Shown piece by piece: positions 48,150 to 58,753 of a DNA stretch of 64,000 nucleotides. The notes beneath the pieces are model-generated. The model did no database searches. It worked only from the letters and a program-made list of their open reading frames with translations, and was not told where the DNA came from. A program made the position numbers and the translations under genes. The DNA is from Candidatus Bathyarchaeota archaeon. GTDB lineage: Archaea > Thermoproteota > Bathyarchaeia > TCS64. The DNA is taken from NCBI GenBank assembly GCA_016783485.1, contig JADHWM010000001.1, positions 10,181 to 74,180 of the forward strand. Direction: 5' to 3'. Every line of letters starts with the position of its first letter. Within the stretch, counting starts at the first letter, position 1.

Positions 48150-48791
48150 GTCTCCCTCGCCCTTCAGAAGCCTCGCAAGCTCGTAGATGTCGAGCTGCTC
48201 CGTGTCTTTAGAGTATCCCCCAAGCCTGAACGCGAGCTGCACGGAGTATCCCACGGTCACCGCGGAGATCACAGTCCCTATACCCACGGGCCCCCCGAGG
48301 AGGTAGCCTATTGCCAGGACGGTTATCTCGATGGCACCCCGGATAGAGGAGACTGGCCTGCCCGTCTTCTTGACTAATCCCATCATGAGCCCGTCCCGGG
48401 GGCCGGCGCCCAGCCCCACCCGGATGTAGAGGAGGGTGCCCATCCCGAGGAACGTGACGCTGAGGAGGAGCAACCCGAGCTGCCAGGGCAGGGCCTGGGG
48501 GATGGGGATCAGCCCGGAGGCGATGATCCAGTCGATAGATACCCCTATGACGTACATGTTCGCGAAGGTCCCGAATCCCGGGGGGAACCCGAGGAGCCAG
48601 CCCAGGAGGAGGACGGCGAGGCCCACCACCTGGGAGACCTCCCCCAGAGTGAAGGGAGTCAGCTTCTCGAGGCCCACGTTGAGCACGCCCCAGGGCATCA
48701 TCCCCAGCCCGGCGTGGAGGTTGGCGACTATCCCGGCGGAGAATAAGATGAGGCCCACGAAGAGCGAGGGTATCCGGGCTAGGAAGGCCAT
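48144..48791 (-). CDS. YitT/YczE-like polytopic membrane protein
   Basis: Gly-rich hydrophobic helices; internal ATG 48791 chosen (MAFLARIPSLFVG). Confidence 0.45.
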   Translation of the reverse strand: MAFLARIPSLFVGLILFSAGIVANLHAGLGMMPWGVLNVGLEKLTPFTLGEVSQVVGLAVLLLGWLLGFPPGFGTFANMYVIGVSIDWIIASGLIPIPQALPWQLGLLLLSVTFLGMGTLLYIRVGLGAGPRDGLMMGLVKKTGRPVSSIRGAIEITVLAIGYLLGGPVGIGTVISAVTVGYSVQLAFRLGGYSKDTEQLDIYELARLLKGEGDL

Positions 48792-49040
48792 CCAGTTCCT
48801 AGTACTGCTGCTCCTCAAAGTCTCACCACGTGATGGCGTAAGGTATCCCCTGTTCTTAATAAAGGCCGGCTGAATCAAGCCACCGCCTGCGTGAAACTTA
48901 TCGTAGCAGCCATTTTCACCCACGTCCCTCCTCCAATCCCCACCTCAATCTATTTAACAGCCCTGCCCGGAGCATTCACCGAATTGGGTAAGAGGATCGC
49001 GAAGCGGGTCCAGAAGCCCAAGAACGTCTGGATCCGGGAA

Positions 49041-50333
49041 ATGTTCTCAGGGGACCCCAGGATGGGGTCGGGTCTAGACTATACCAACGATTACCTCAGG
49101 ATGCAGGCTCCCTCGGGGAGCATCTGCGCCGTCTGCAAGGGCTCCAAGCTCCTCTGCGGGAAGACGAGCTGCCCCGTGGTGGCTCGGGCAGCCTCCCACT
49201 TCAACATCTGGAGGAGCATCAAAGGAACCGAGATCAGCGGCTCATCGCCCCCCAGCGTCTTTGTGGGTCGCTTCGGTTACCCTTACGTCAACATAGGCCC
49301 CCTGGCACCCAACCACTTTGGGGACACATCCATCCTCGACTCCCCGGAGCGGTGGATGGGGAGATCCATCGACGAGATCATCGACTACCGGAGCCAGCTC
49401 GTCCGGGGGATGAGCAGAGTCAACGTGCGGAAGCCCGAGAAGGCGGGGCGCATCCTCGACAGGACCCGGGAGCTCAGCCTCGCCGAACACTACGTGGAGA
49501 CCGAGATGAAACTCAAGAAGCGGCCCCGCCGGAGCTTCAGGGTCGATGCCGACGTGCAGCCCATCGGGCCCACCGCCCCCCTGGAGAGGATGGAGATCGG
49601 CTACATCCGGTGGAACAGGGAGATGGAGAAGGCTCACTACGACACCGACTTTAAGGCCGCCCCCGCCACCAAGACCCTCTACCAGGAGGGGGTCCCCGTG
49701 ACCCAGATCATGAAGGCCTTCAGCATGGGGAGCTTCGGCGTCGAGAAGAACAGACGCCTCGTCCCCACCCGGTGGAGCATCACCGCGGTGGACGATATCC
49801 TGGGGAAGGACATGGCCCGCCAGACCAAGAACTTCCCCCTCATCAACAACTACGAACTATACGAGTCCGACTACCTGGGGAACAGGTTCGAGGTCCTCCT
49901 GGTCCCCGACGCCTGGAGCTACGAGGCCTACGAGGCGTGGTACCCGGGCACCGTCTGGAACCCGAGCACCAGCCACGTCGCTATCATCACCGACTGGGAG
50001 GGCTACAACGGCCGGAGCAAGTACGCCTCCATGGGGGGCTGCTACTACTCGGGGAGGCTCGCCGTGATGGAGCACCTCATGAAGGAGAGGCGCCAGGCGC
50101 GGGTCTTTATCATCCGGGAGGCCTACCCCGACTACATCCTCCCTGTGGGGGTCTGGCAGGTCAGGGAGAACGTCAGGAACGCGATGAGGCAGCCGCCCCT
50201 GGTCTACGACACCTTGGACGAGGCCCTGGCGAGGCTCCAGAGCAGGCTCAGCATCCCATTGGAGCAGTGGATGGACGCCGGGTTCCTGCTGAGGCAGACC
50301 ATCTCCCAGAGGAAGATCACCGATTATTTCTGA
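49041..50333 (+). CDS. Nre-family putative DNA repair protein with C-terminal PCNA-interacting (PIP) box; start uncertain (ORF opens at 48891)
   Basis: N-terminal Cys cluster SICAVCKGSKLLCGKTSCP; the protein ends QRKITDYF, matching Qxx[ILM]xx[FY][FY]. Confidence 0.5.
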   Translation: MFSGDPRMGSGLDYTNDYLRMQAPSGSICAVCKGSKLLCGKTSCPVVARAASHFNIWRSIKGTEISGSSPPSVFVGRFGYPYVNIGPLAPNHFGDTSILDSPERWMGRSIDEIIDYRSQLVRGMSRVNVRKPEKAGRILDRTRELSLAEHYVETEMKLKKRPRRSFRVDADVQPIGPTAPLERMEIGYIRWNREMEKAHYDTDFKAAPATKTLYQEGVPVTQIMKAFSMGSFGVEKNRRLVPTRWSITAVDDILGKDMARQTKNFPLINNYELYESDYLGNRFEVLLVPDAWSYEAYEAWYPGTVWNPSTSHVAIITDWEGYNGRSKYASMGGCYYSGRLAVMEHLMKERRQARVFIIREAYPDYILPVGVWQVRENVRNAMRQPPLVYDTLDEALARLQSRLSIPLEQWMDAGFLLRQTISQRKITDYF

Positions 50334-50499
50334 TTTGGCAGATTTTTTTTACCAATCCGTGAAATATTTACTGTATTTGTTAATAGGTCCCGGATAAATT
50401 TTATAAATTTAACACATTTATACACATCATGGGATCGCATAGAGCCCCCAACATGATTTATACAAGAAATCAACGAAATATCCCCGTGAGGTCCTTTAT

Positions 50500-50748
50500 A
50501 TGAAGTATAACGCGAAGGTCTACGTCAGCCTCAAGAAGGGCTACTCCGACCCCGAGGGGGAGACCGCCGCCAACGCCCTCAGGGGGCTCGGGTACACCGT
50601 CGACGACGTCCGGGCCAGCAAGGCCTACGAGGTGTCGTTCCAGGCGGAGGACAGGGAGACCGCGGAGGCGGTCCTCGACGAGATGTGCAGGAGGCTCCTC
50701 ACCAACCCCACCAAGGACGACTATAGCTTCGAGATCAGGGAAGTTTGA
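50500..50748 (+). CDS. purS: Phosphoribosylformylglycinamidine synthase subunit PurS
   Basis: 82 aa, typical PurS; 4-nt overlap with purL. Confidence 0.85.
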   Translation: MKYNAKVYVSLKKGYSDPEGETAANALRGLGYTVDDVRASKAYEVSFQAEDRETAEAVLDEMCRRLLTNPTKDDYSFEIREV

Positions 50749-53120
50749 TGACCCGCATCACTATCAGCCCCCACCCCTTCGAGCACCACGAGGTCGACCT
50801 CCTCAACGCGAGCGACGCCGACCTCAAGGAGATCGCCTCCACCCTGGGACTAGGGCTCAGCCTCGACGAGCTCCGTCACATCCGTGACGGCTACGTGGTC
50901 CGGGAGAGGAAAGCGACGGATCTGGAGCTCCAGACCTACGACCAGACCTGGAGCGAGCATTGCAGCCACAAGACCTTCGGGGGGATCATACACACGCCGG
51001 AGGGCACGGTGGACGGTCTCCTCAAGACCTATTTCATGAGCCTCATCGACGAATTGGAGCCTGAGTGGTGCTACAGCGTCTTCGAGGACAACGCCGGAAT
51101 CGTGGACCTCACCGATGACGTGGGGATCGCGATCAAAGTGGAGACCCACAACCACCCCTCCGCCATCGAGCCTTTTGGCGGTGCAGCCACGGGCCTCGGC
51201 GGGGTGATTAGGGACATCCTCGGTGTCTGGGCCGACCCCATCGCCTGCACCGATGTTCTATGCTTTGGGCCTTTGGATTATCCTTATGAGAAGCTCCCCG
51301 AGGGTGTGAAGCATCCCCGGTACATCTTCGGCGGCGTGGTGGACGGCATAGGGAGCTACGGTAACAGCATCGGGATCCCCACGGTGAACGGTGCCACGGT
51401 CTTCCACGAGAACTACACCGGGAACGTCGTGGTCTACGCCGGCTGCGTCGGGGTCATCCCCAAGGATCAATACATCAGGGACGTGAAGCCCGGGGACTGC
51501 GTGCTCCTCGTCGGGGGGAGGACCGGCCGGGACGGCATCCACGGGGTCACATTCGCCTCTGCGGAGCTCACCGAAGAGTCCGAGGAGGTCTCCCGGCCCG
51601 CGGTCCAGATCGCCAACCCCATCGAGGAGGAGAAGATCAAGAGGGCCCTCAAGGAGGTCAGCGACAGGAAGCTGGGCTCCGGCATCACCGACATCGGGGG
51701 CGGGGGCCTCAGCTGCGGGGTCTGCGAGACCGCGGACAGCTACGGCCTCGGGGTCGAGGCCCACCTGGACCGAGTGTCCCTCAAGGCGATGGACATGGCC
51801 CCCTGGGAGATCTGGATCTCCGAGAGCCAGGAGAGGATGCTCCTCGCCGTCCCCCCGGGGAACCTCGACGAGGTCGTCTCCCTCTTCGAGGACGAGCAGG
51901 TGGAGACCACGGTCCTGGGAGAGTACACTGAGACCGGCCTCGCCGTTATTTACTACAAGGGCCACGTAGTCGGGGAGTTGGACTTGGGGTCCCTATTCGA
52001 CCCTCCCAAGCTCATTCGCACCACGAACTGGGCTCCCCCCGTGCTCGAAGAGCCTAACATCCCAGAGCCCGACGATCTTGGCTCAGTCCTCCTTAGCCTC
52101 CTGAAATCGTACAACATCGCGAGCAAGGAGAAGGTGATCCGCCGCTACGACCAGGAGGTGAAGGGCCAGACCGTGGTGAAGCCCCTCCAGGGCTGGAACG
52201 CGGGCCCCAACGACGCCGCCGTCCTCAAGCCCCTCGAAGACAGCTGGAGGGGCATCGCGATCAGCAGCGGCATCAACCCCCGATTCGGTCTCATAGACCC
52301 CTACTGGATGGCGGCCTCCGTCATCGACGAGGCGATCAGGAACAACGTCTCCGTGGGGGGGCGCAGGATCTCCCTCCTGGACAACTTCACATGGGGGAAC
52401 CCCGAGTACGAGGACCGCCTCGGAGGCCTCGTCCTCGCCTCCCGGGCCTGCCACGACGTCGGGAAGGCCTACGGGACCCCCTTCGTCTCGGGGAAGGACA
52501 GCCTCTACAACGAGTCCCCCCTGGGCCCCGTGACCCCGACACTCCTCATCACGGCCCTGGGGATCGTCCCGGACATCCGGAAGGCGGTGACCATGGACCT
52601 CAAGGAGGCTGGGAACGCCCTCTACATCGTCGGGGTGACAAAGCCCGAGCTGGGGGGCTCCGAGTACTATGCACTCCACGGCGAGCTGGGAGCCTCGGTG
52701 CCCAAGCTTGAACCAGAGAAGAACGCCGTGGCCTACGCCCGCCTGAACGAGGCGATGGACCGGGGCATCGTGAGGGCCTGCCACGACCTCTCCGACGGGG
52801 GGCTGGGGGTCGCCGCCGCCGAGATGGCGTTCACCGGGGACCTCGGCCTCGAATTCGACTTGTCAAAGGTGTCGACGTCGGAGGAGATGAGAGACGACTT
52901 TGCGCTCTACTCCGAGTCCAACGGGAGGCTGCTGGTGGAGGTGTCGGAGAAGGATTGCGGAGAGTTCGAGGCTCTCATGGGTGACTCGGTATTCGCCCGG
53001 ATTGGATCCGTGAAGGTTGATAAGACACTAAGGGTGGAGAGGAACGGGGAACCCCTCATCGAGATCCCGCTGACGAAGCTTATCGGGGCGTGGAAGACCC
53101 CCCTGGAGGACCCGAGATGA
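50745..53120 (+). CDS. purL: Phosphoribosylformylglycinamidine synthase subunit PurL (FGAM synthetase II)
   Basis: Duplicated AIR-synthase-like domains; HCSHKTF, ETHNHPSAIEPFGGAATG, GKDSL. Confidence 0.95.
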   Translation: MMTRITISPHPFEHHEVDLLNASDADLKEIASTLGLGLSLDELRHIRDGYVVRERKATDLELQTYDQTWSEHCSHKTFGGIIHTPEGTVDGLLKTYFMSLIDELEPEWCYSVFEDNAGIVDLTDDVGIAIKVETHNHPSAIEPFGGAATGLGGVIRDILGVWADPIACTDVLCFGPLDYPYEKLPEGVKHPRYIFGGVVDGIGSYGNSIGIPTVNGATVFHENYTGNVVVYAGCVGVIPKDQYIRDVKPGDCVLLVGGRTGRDGIHGVTFASAELTEESEEVSRPAVQIANPIEEEKIKRALKEVSDRKLGSGITDIGGGGLSCGVCETADSYGLGVEAHLDRVSLKAMDMAPWEIWISESQERMLLAVPPGNLDEVVSLFEDEQVETTVLGEYTETGLAVIYYKGHVVGELDLGSLFDPPKLIRTTNWAPPVLEEPNIPEPDDLGSVLLSLLKSYNIASKEKVIRRYDQEVKGQTVVKPLQGWNAGPNDAAVLKPLEDSWRGIAISSGINPRFGLIDPYWMAASVIDEAIRNNVSVGGRRISLLDNFTWGNPEYEDRLGGLVLASRACHDVGKAYGTPFVSGKDSLYNESPLGPVTPTLLITALGIVPDIRKAVTMDLKEAGNALYIVGVTKPELGGSEYYALHGELGASVPKLEPEKNAVAYARLNEAMDRGIVRACHDLSDGGLGVAAAEMAFTGDLGLEFDLSKVSTSEEMRDDFALYSESNGRLLVEVSEKDCGEFEALMGDSVFARIGSVKVDKTLRVERNGEPLIEIPLTKLIGAWKTPLEDPR

Positions 53121-53932
53121 AGCGGGAAGAGATCGACGTCCTCCTCATGAGGGCGCCGGGGACCAACTGCGACCTCGAGACCGTCCGGGCCTTCAGGGAC
53201 CTCGGGGTCCGGGCCCACCTCGTCCACAGCCAGAGGGTATTCAAGGAGAAGAACCTCCTCGACTACGATGTCCTCGTCTTCCCCGGGGGCTTCAGCTACG
53301 GGGACTATGTCAGGAGCGGCGCCATCTGGGCCAAGGAGATGGAGTACCGCATCGGGAAGGAGATGGGGGAGTTCGTGGACACAGGGCGCCCCGTCATCGG
53401 CATCTGCAACGGGTTCCAGGTCCTCGTGGAGACAGGGTTCCTACCGGGCTTCGAGGGCCGCAGCCCCGAGCCCCAGGTCGCCCTCGCGAACAACAGCCAC
53501 GGCTACCAGAACCGCTGGGTCCGGATGAAGAACATCGGGAAGGGGAACTGCGGGATACTCCGGGGGGTCCCCAAGGGCCAGGTCATTGCGTGCCCCGTCG
53601 CCCACGGGGAGGGCCGGTTCATCATGCCCCAGGACAAGGCCGAGGCGTGGCTGGAGAGGCTCTACGATCAGGACCAGCTCGTCTTCAGGTACGTCAAGGG
53701 GGACGGCGACTACGCCGAGGGCTCCTGGCCCGAGAACCCCAACGGGGCGTACCATGACATCGCGGGGATCTGCAACCCCGAGGGGAATGTGTTGGGCTTC
53801 ATGCCCCACCCTGAGAGGGCTTACTTCGGCTACCTGATGCCCGAGTGGACCAAGAAGGGGAGGCCCGACGAGTACGGGGACGGCAGGGTCTTCTTCGAGT
53901 CCGTCGTCCGGTACGTGGAGGCTAGGTTCTAG
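53117..53932 (+). CDS. purQ: Phosphoribosylformylglycinamidine synthase glutaminase subunit PurQ
   Basis: GATase1: [16 protein letters not shown] (catalytic Cys), MPHPER; ATGA overlap with purL. Confidence 0.9.
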   Translation: MKREEIDVLLMRAPGTNCDLETVRAFRDLGVRAHLVHSQRVFKEKNLLDYDVLVFPGGFSYGDYVRSGAIWAKEMEYRIGKEMGEFVDTGRPVIGICNGFQVLVETGFLPGFEGRSPEPQVALANNSHGYQNRWVRMKNIGKGNCGILRGVPKGQVIACPVAHGEGRFIMPQDKAEAWLERLYDQDQLVFRYVKGDGDYAEGSWPENPNGAYHDIAGICNPEGNVLGFMPHPERAYFGYLMPEWTKKGRPDEYGDGRVFFESVVRYVEARF

Positions 53933-54365
53933 CCGCCCTCTTCCGGCGGTACTCCACCAATTTTTCTCGTAAACCCTCATCGGAGAGGGCCAGAATCTCG
54001 AGGGCCAGCAGAGCCCCGTTCCTGGAGTTGTCGACCCCGACGCAGGCCACGGGGACCCCCGGGGGCATCTGGGCGATGGAGAGGAGGGAGTCGATCCCCC
54101 CGAGCTTTGCGTCCTTGGGGACGCCGATCACCGGCTTGAGGGTGTGGGCCGCGATGAATCCGGGGAGGGCCGCCGATAGCCCCGCGACGGCGATGTAGAC
54201 CGATGCGTCCGACGCCTCTATGTACTCCCGGAGGGCCTTCGGGTTCCTGTGGGCCGAGTAGACCTGGTAGTCGTAGTCGACCCCGAACTCCTTGAGGATG
54301 GCCTCGGCCTTGTCTCCGATCTCCCGGTCTGAGGTGCTCCCGATTATCAGCGAGACCCTGGACAT
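53922..54365 (-). CDS. purE: Phosphoribosylaminoimidazole carboxylase catalytic subunit / N5-CAIR mutase PurE
   Basis: [13 protein letters not shown]...[13 protein letters not shown]...VIGVP; internal ATG 54365 chosen. Confidence 0.9.
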   Translation of the reverse strand: MSRVSLIIGSTSDREIGDKAEAILKEFGVDYDYQVYSAHRNPKALREYIEASDASVYIAVAGLSAALPGFIAAHTLKPVIGVPKDAKLGGIDSLLSIAQMPPGVPVACVGVDNSRNGALLALEILALSDEGLREKLVEYRRKRAART

Positions 54366-54491
54366 TTTCGAACTCCTACTAGAATGAGGAGACATAATAA
54401 GACTGCCCCTCTGGGTTCTGGTCTTAAGTTTATATGTGGAGTGAATCAAAGTCTTCATTGTGTGACCGGATTGGTAAAGAGAGTCATTATC

Positions 54492-55811
54492 ATGGGCGCC
54501 GCGGGGAGGGACTTCCACAACTTCAACACCAACTTCAGGGGGAATCCCGAGTACGAGGTGGTGGCCTTCACAGCCGCCCAGATCTCGGAGCTCGACGCCG
54601 GGGCCGGGGTGGAGAACAGGATCTACCCCCCAGAGCTCGCCGGGATAGGATACCCGATGGGGATCAAGATCTACCCGGAGACGATGCTCGAGGCGCTCAT
54701 CGTGGAGCGCCGGGTGGACGAGGTCGTCTTCGCCTACAGCGACGTCTCCCATGGCTACCTCATGGACGAGGCCTCGAGGGTCCTCGCCGCGGGGGCCAGC
54801 TTCACCCTCCTGGGGCCCGACGCGACGATGATCGAGCCCACGAAGCCGGTGATCTCCGTGTGCGCCTCGAGGACCGGGAGCGGGAAGAGCCCCACGAGCC
54901 GCTGGCTCCTCACGAGGCTCACCGAGAGGGGGCACAGGGTCGTGGTTATCAGGCACCCGATGCCCTACGGGGACCTGAATAAGCAGAGGGTGCAGAGGTT
55001 CGAGACCCTGGAGGATCTGGACAGGTACGACTGCACCATCGAGGAGAGGGAGGACTATGAGCCCCACATCGAGAGGGGGGCGGTGGTCTTCGCGGGGGTC
55101 GACTACAAGGATATCCTGAGGGAGGCTGAGAGGGAGGCCGACGTCGTCCTATGGGACGGGGGGAACAACGACTTCCCCTTCTACAGGCCCACGGTCCATG
55201 TCGTACTGGTGGATCCCCACAGGGCGGGGGACGAGTTGTCCTACTACCCGGGGGAGACCAACGTGAGGATGGCGGACGTGGTCATCGTGAGCAAGGTGAA
55301 CACTGCGGACCCCGAGAAGGTGGAGGAGGTCATCGCCAACGTGGAGGGGATCAACGGGACCGCCCGGATCTTCAAGGCCAACATCACGATAACGGCGGAG
55401 GACGACGAGGCGATCCTGGGGAAGAGGGTGCTCGTGGTGGAGGACGGCCCCACGGTGACCCACGGGGGGATGGCCTTCGGAGCCGCCACCATCAAGGCCC
55501 GGGCCCTGGAGGCGGAGCTGGTGGACCCTAGGCCTTACGCGAAGGGATCCATTTTGGCGGTTTACGAGATGTACCCCCACTTGGAGCGGGTGTTGCCGGC
55601 GGTGGGGTACAGCGAGCGCCAGATGGAGGAGCTGAGCCAGGTCATCAACGACACGCCGTGCGACCTCGTCCTCCTGGGCACTCCCACGGATATCAGCAGG
55701 TACCTGAAGGTGGACAAGCCGGTGCAGAGGGTGCGCTACGAGCTGGAGGAGATCAATCCCGGGGAGATCGAGGACGCAATCTTCAACCTCCTCGAGGAGC
55801 GCCTGAAGTAG
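54492..55811 (+). CDS. P-loop protein resembling the cyclic 2,3-diphosphoglycerate synthetase / COG2403 predicted-GTPase family
   Basis: P-loop [10 protein letters not shown] and acidic box [13 protein letters not shown]; overall length and pattern as I recall for cDPGS-like proteins (needs a search). Confidence 0.4.
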   Translation: MGAAGRDFHNFNTNFRGNPEYEVVAFTAAQISELDAGAGVENRIYPPELAGIGYPMGIKIYPETMLEALIVERRVDEVVFAYSDVSHGYLMDEASRVLAAGASFTLLGPDATMIEPTKPVISVCASRTGSGKSPTSRWLLTRLTERGHRVVVIRHPMPYGDLNKQRVQRFETLEDLDRYDCTIEEREDYEPHIERGAVVFAGVDYKDILREAEREADVVLWDGGNNDFPFYRPTVHVVLVDPHRAGDELSYYPGETNVRMADVVIVSKVNTADPEKVEEVIANVEGINGTARIFKANITITAEDDEAILGKRVLVVEDGPTVTHGGMAFGAATIKARALEAELVDPRPYAKGSILAVYEMYPHLERVLPAVGYSERQMEELSQVINDTPCDLVLLGTPTDISRYLKVDKPVQRVRYELEEINPGEIEDAIFNLLEERLK

Positions 55812-55822
55812 AACGTACCCGC

Positions 55823-56776
55823 TTAAAAGAAGACGAGAGCAACCGAGCTTGCGGCGATCAGGGCTATCCCCACAAGCTCCTTCCGTGTATACCGCTCCCT
55901 GAAGAGCTGGGTCGAGACCAGCATCGCGAAGACGAACTCGACCTGCCCGAAGGCCCTGACGTAGGAGGCCTGCTCCAGGGTCATCGCGGTGAACCAGCCC
56001 ACCGAGCCCAGCATGCTGGTGGCCCCGATGAACGTGCCGATCTTCAGTTTCCCCCGCATCGCGGTGAACTGCTCCCGATCCCTGACCGCGACGATGACGC
56101 CTAGCAGGACCGTCTCGATGGCGATAATAGTGACCAGGGTGAGAGCAGCCGTCGCGAGATAGTTCGGGTCTCCCAGGGAGAGACTCGCCCTGCGGAGGGA
56201 GAGGGCCGCTAGAGCGAAGCCTAGGCCCGACGCTACTCCCATGCCGGCTATGGGCGTGAACAGCTGCCCCAGGAGCCCGCCCTCTACTTTGTTCCCCTGG
56301 GCCACGGTGATAAGCACGACCCCGACGATGCTCGTGGAGATGGCCGCCCATCCTGGCAGAGAGACGACCTCGGAGAAGAACAGGGCCCCCAAGACAGCGG
56401 TGAGGAACGCCTCTGTGCGGGCGTATGCCGTCCCTACGGTGAAATTGCGGAAGCTGAACATGCGGATCAGGAGGACGGTGCCGACTATCTGGGAGACGGC
56501 TGCGATGAACGTGAATGTGAGGAACTCGGCGTCGATGGGTGGCGGAACCCAGCCGTAGACTGTCATCAGGGCTCCCAGATACGCGAGCGCGAAGGGGAGG
56601 CCGAAGAGGAACCGAGTAAGGGTGGCCATCAGGTTGCTGACGTCCTCGGAGAGCCGTTTCTGGCCGGCGGTCCGCACGGTCTGCATCGCGGCCGCTCCCA
56701 GGGTGAGGGGGATCCAGAGCCAGCTCGCCGCCATGTCTCGGTCAATACACCATCTGGGGTAATGAAAGTTTCCCAT
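55823..56776 (-). CDS. EamA-family (DMT superfamily) transporter
   Basis: 10 TM in two 5-TM EamA repeats. Confidence 0.75.
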   Translation of the reverse strand: MGNFHYPRWCIDRDMAASWLWIPLTLGAAAMQTVRTAGQKRLSEDVSNLMATLTRFLFGLPFALAYLGALMTVYGWVPPPIDAEFLTFTFIAAVSQIVGTVLLIRMFSFRNFTVGTAYARTEAFLTAVLGALFFSEVVSLPGWAAISTSIVGVVLITVAQGNKVEGGLLGQLFTPIAGMGVASGLGFALAALSLRRASLSLGDPNYLATAALTLVTIIAIETVLLGVIVAVRDREQFTAMRGKLKIGTFIGATSMLGSVGWFTAMTLEQASYVRAFGQVEFVFAMLVSTQLFRERYTRKELVGIALIAASSVALVFF

Positions 56777-56785
56777 GCCCTGGGA

Positions 56786-57451
56786 TTATTTGGCTGAGCC
56801 CCTTACCCGGGACATGAAGGATTGAAGCTTACCCGAGTCGAGGCTCCCCCCTATCCTCACGCCGCTGCAGACGTCCACAGCATAGGGCTTTACCAACCTT
56901 AGGGCCTCGGCGACGTTCCCGGGGTTGAGCCCCCCTGCGAGGATCACCGGGACCTCCACCGCTTCCACGATCCTCCTGCTGATCTCCCAGTTGTGGGTCC
57001 TCCCGGTGCCCCCGAGTTCCACCACGGATCCTTCCTTGCTCCCGGAGTCGAGGAGAATGCCGTCCACGTATAGGGATATGGCCTCTGCCTCCTCTATCGA
57101 GTCTTCACCGTGGACGTGGATCACCCGGATGATGTCTACACCGGGGAGGGCCCTCGCTACCTCGTCGAGGTCGTCGGGATCGAGGTCGTCGCAGATCTGG
57201 ATGGCGTTGGTCCCGCATCGGCGGTGCTGCTCGATGATCTCGGAGGGGCTCCTCTTCGATGTTAGGAGGACGGAGGAGACGAAGGGCGGTATCCTCCTGG
57301 CGATATCGGTTATGAGGGATTCGGGTATCACCCCGGGCCCGCTGGGCATCTCGGAGACTAGGCCCAAGGCCGAGGCCCCGTGGTTGATCGCGATCCACGC
57401 CTCCTCGAGGCTGCAGATGCAGCAGATCTTCACCAGAGGCGTGGCATCCAT
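56786..57451 (-). CDS. trpF: Phosphoribosylanthranilate isomerase
   Basis: VKICCI (KICGI-like), TIM-barrel PRAI pattern; internal ATG 57451 chosen. Confidence 0.7.
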   Translation of the reverse strand: MDATPLVKICCICSLEEAWIAINHGASALGLVSEMPSGPGVIPESLITDIARRIPPFVSSVLLTSKRSPSEIIEQHRRCGTNAIQICDDLDPDDLDEVARALPGVDIIRVIHVHGEDSIEEAEAISLYVDGILLDSGSKEGSVVELGGTGRTHNWEISRRIVEAVEVPVILAGGLNPGNVAEALRLVKPYAVDVCSGVRIGGSLDSGKLQSFMSRVRGSAK

Positions 57452-57629
57452 CTTGGAACCCCTCACACGTCTCTCGTCATAGGGAATAAATGTTTCCAGA
57501 ATGGGGGTGGGCGCTACTCTCGGCTCTGGTGGCCCCGGTGGTTCTGGGAGAGCATGCCCCAATAGAGGTAGGGCAGGGCCTCCTTGGATCCCGTTTGGAC
57601 CCTGTAGACGCCGCAGCTCTCCCTGAGGC

Positions 57630-58607
57630 TCAGGCCCCTAGCTCCTCCATTACCTCGTCCACTGTCTTCAGATCGAAGCCTTTGAGGGAAGCCTGGCCGC
57701 TGATCACCTTGTAGGAGGCGACGCAGCGCTTCGAGACCTCCCGGACGACCGGAGCGGGGATAACTGGGGGCGTACCGTCCCCTGTGTAGCCTATCCGCCT
57801 GAGACACTCCCTGAGGAACTCCTTGTCGAGGCAGGTCGCCTCCTGGCCCCTCCCGGGCTCGTAGAACTCCTGGGCCCAGTAGCGGGCGGAGTCGTGAGTG
57901 GGGGGCTCGTCTATCTGGATGAGGCCCCCGTCGAGCCTCCCGAACTCGAGCTTAAAGTCGGGGATGATAAAGCCCCGGCTCTTCGCGGTCTCCCTGTAAT
58001 AGGAGAAGAGTTTGTGGGTGGCCTCCTCGAGCTGATCCCACTCGTCCCGTGTGACGAGTCCCTGCGCAATGGCCTGACCCCTGCTGATCTCCAGGTCGTG
58101 GCCCACATCGCTCTTGGTGGTGGGGGTGATGATGACCTCGGGGAGCTCCTCCGCCATCACGAGGCCGTCGGGGAGATCCACGCCGCTCACCGTCCTGGCC
58201 CCGTCCCGGTAGGCCCTCCAGGCCGAGCCGTAGAGGTAGGCCCTGCATACCCACTCGACGTCGATGCGCTCCGCCTTGGTGACCCGCATGCTGCGGCCGT
58301 CCACCAGCTCCTTGAAGTGGTTGGGGAAGACGTCGCCCGTTTTCTGGAACCAGTAGACGCTGAGGGCGTGGAGGCTCCTCCCCTTATGGGGGATGACGTT
58401 GGGGAAGACCACGTCGAAGGCGGAGATCCGGTCGCTCGTGACGATGAGCAGCTCCGCGCCCAGGTCGTAAACGTCCCTGATCTTGCCCCTCCTCGGGGTG
58501 TTCTCGTCGCCGAAGACATCTGAGGACTGGAGGACCTCGACCATGCCGTCTCCCATGGGGTCGGGTACCATGTATGAGCCCTTCTCGGGGTTTCCGTCGT
58601 TCTTCAA
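57630..58607 (-). CDS. purC: Phosphoribosylaminoimidazole-succinocarboxamide synthase (SAICAR synthetase); start may be the internal M near 58544
   Basis: GKIRDVY and LIVTSDRISAFD motifs. Confidence 0.9.
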   Translation of the reverse strand: MKNDGNPEKGSYMVPDPMGDGMVEVLQSSDVFGDENTPRRGKIRDVYDLGAELLIVTSDRISAFDVVFPNVIPHKGRSLHALSVYWFQKTGDVFPNHFKELVDGRSMRVTKAERIDVEWVCRAYLYGSAWRAYRDGARTVSGVDLPDGLVMAEELPEVIITPTTKSDVGHDLEISRGQAIAQGLVTRDEWDQLEEATHKLFSYYRETAKSRGFIIPDFKLEFGRLDGGLIQIDEPPTHDSARYWAQEFYEPGRGQEATCLDKEFLRECLRRIGYTGDGTPPVIPAPVVREVSKRCVASYKVISGQASLKGFDLKTVDEVMEELGA

Positions 58608-58753
58608 TGTGTCACGGACTCCTCGAATTGAACGCTTTATGTAATATGTCGCTATATTTCAAGTTTCTTTTAACAGGAAGACACCATTTTTAATGGAAAC
58701 GGCGAAAAACGGGGGATCCCAGGACTCACGATCACGATAAATGGGGCACCACC

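Noticed and set aside
49772-50362. 196-aa + strand ORF (Arg/Gly/Pro-rich) inside the Nre-like gene region
   Set aside because: Alternative frame of a motif-bearing gene; composition typical of an out-of-frame high-GC translation.
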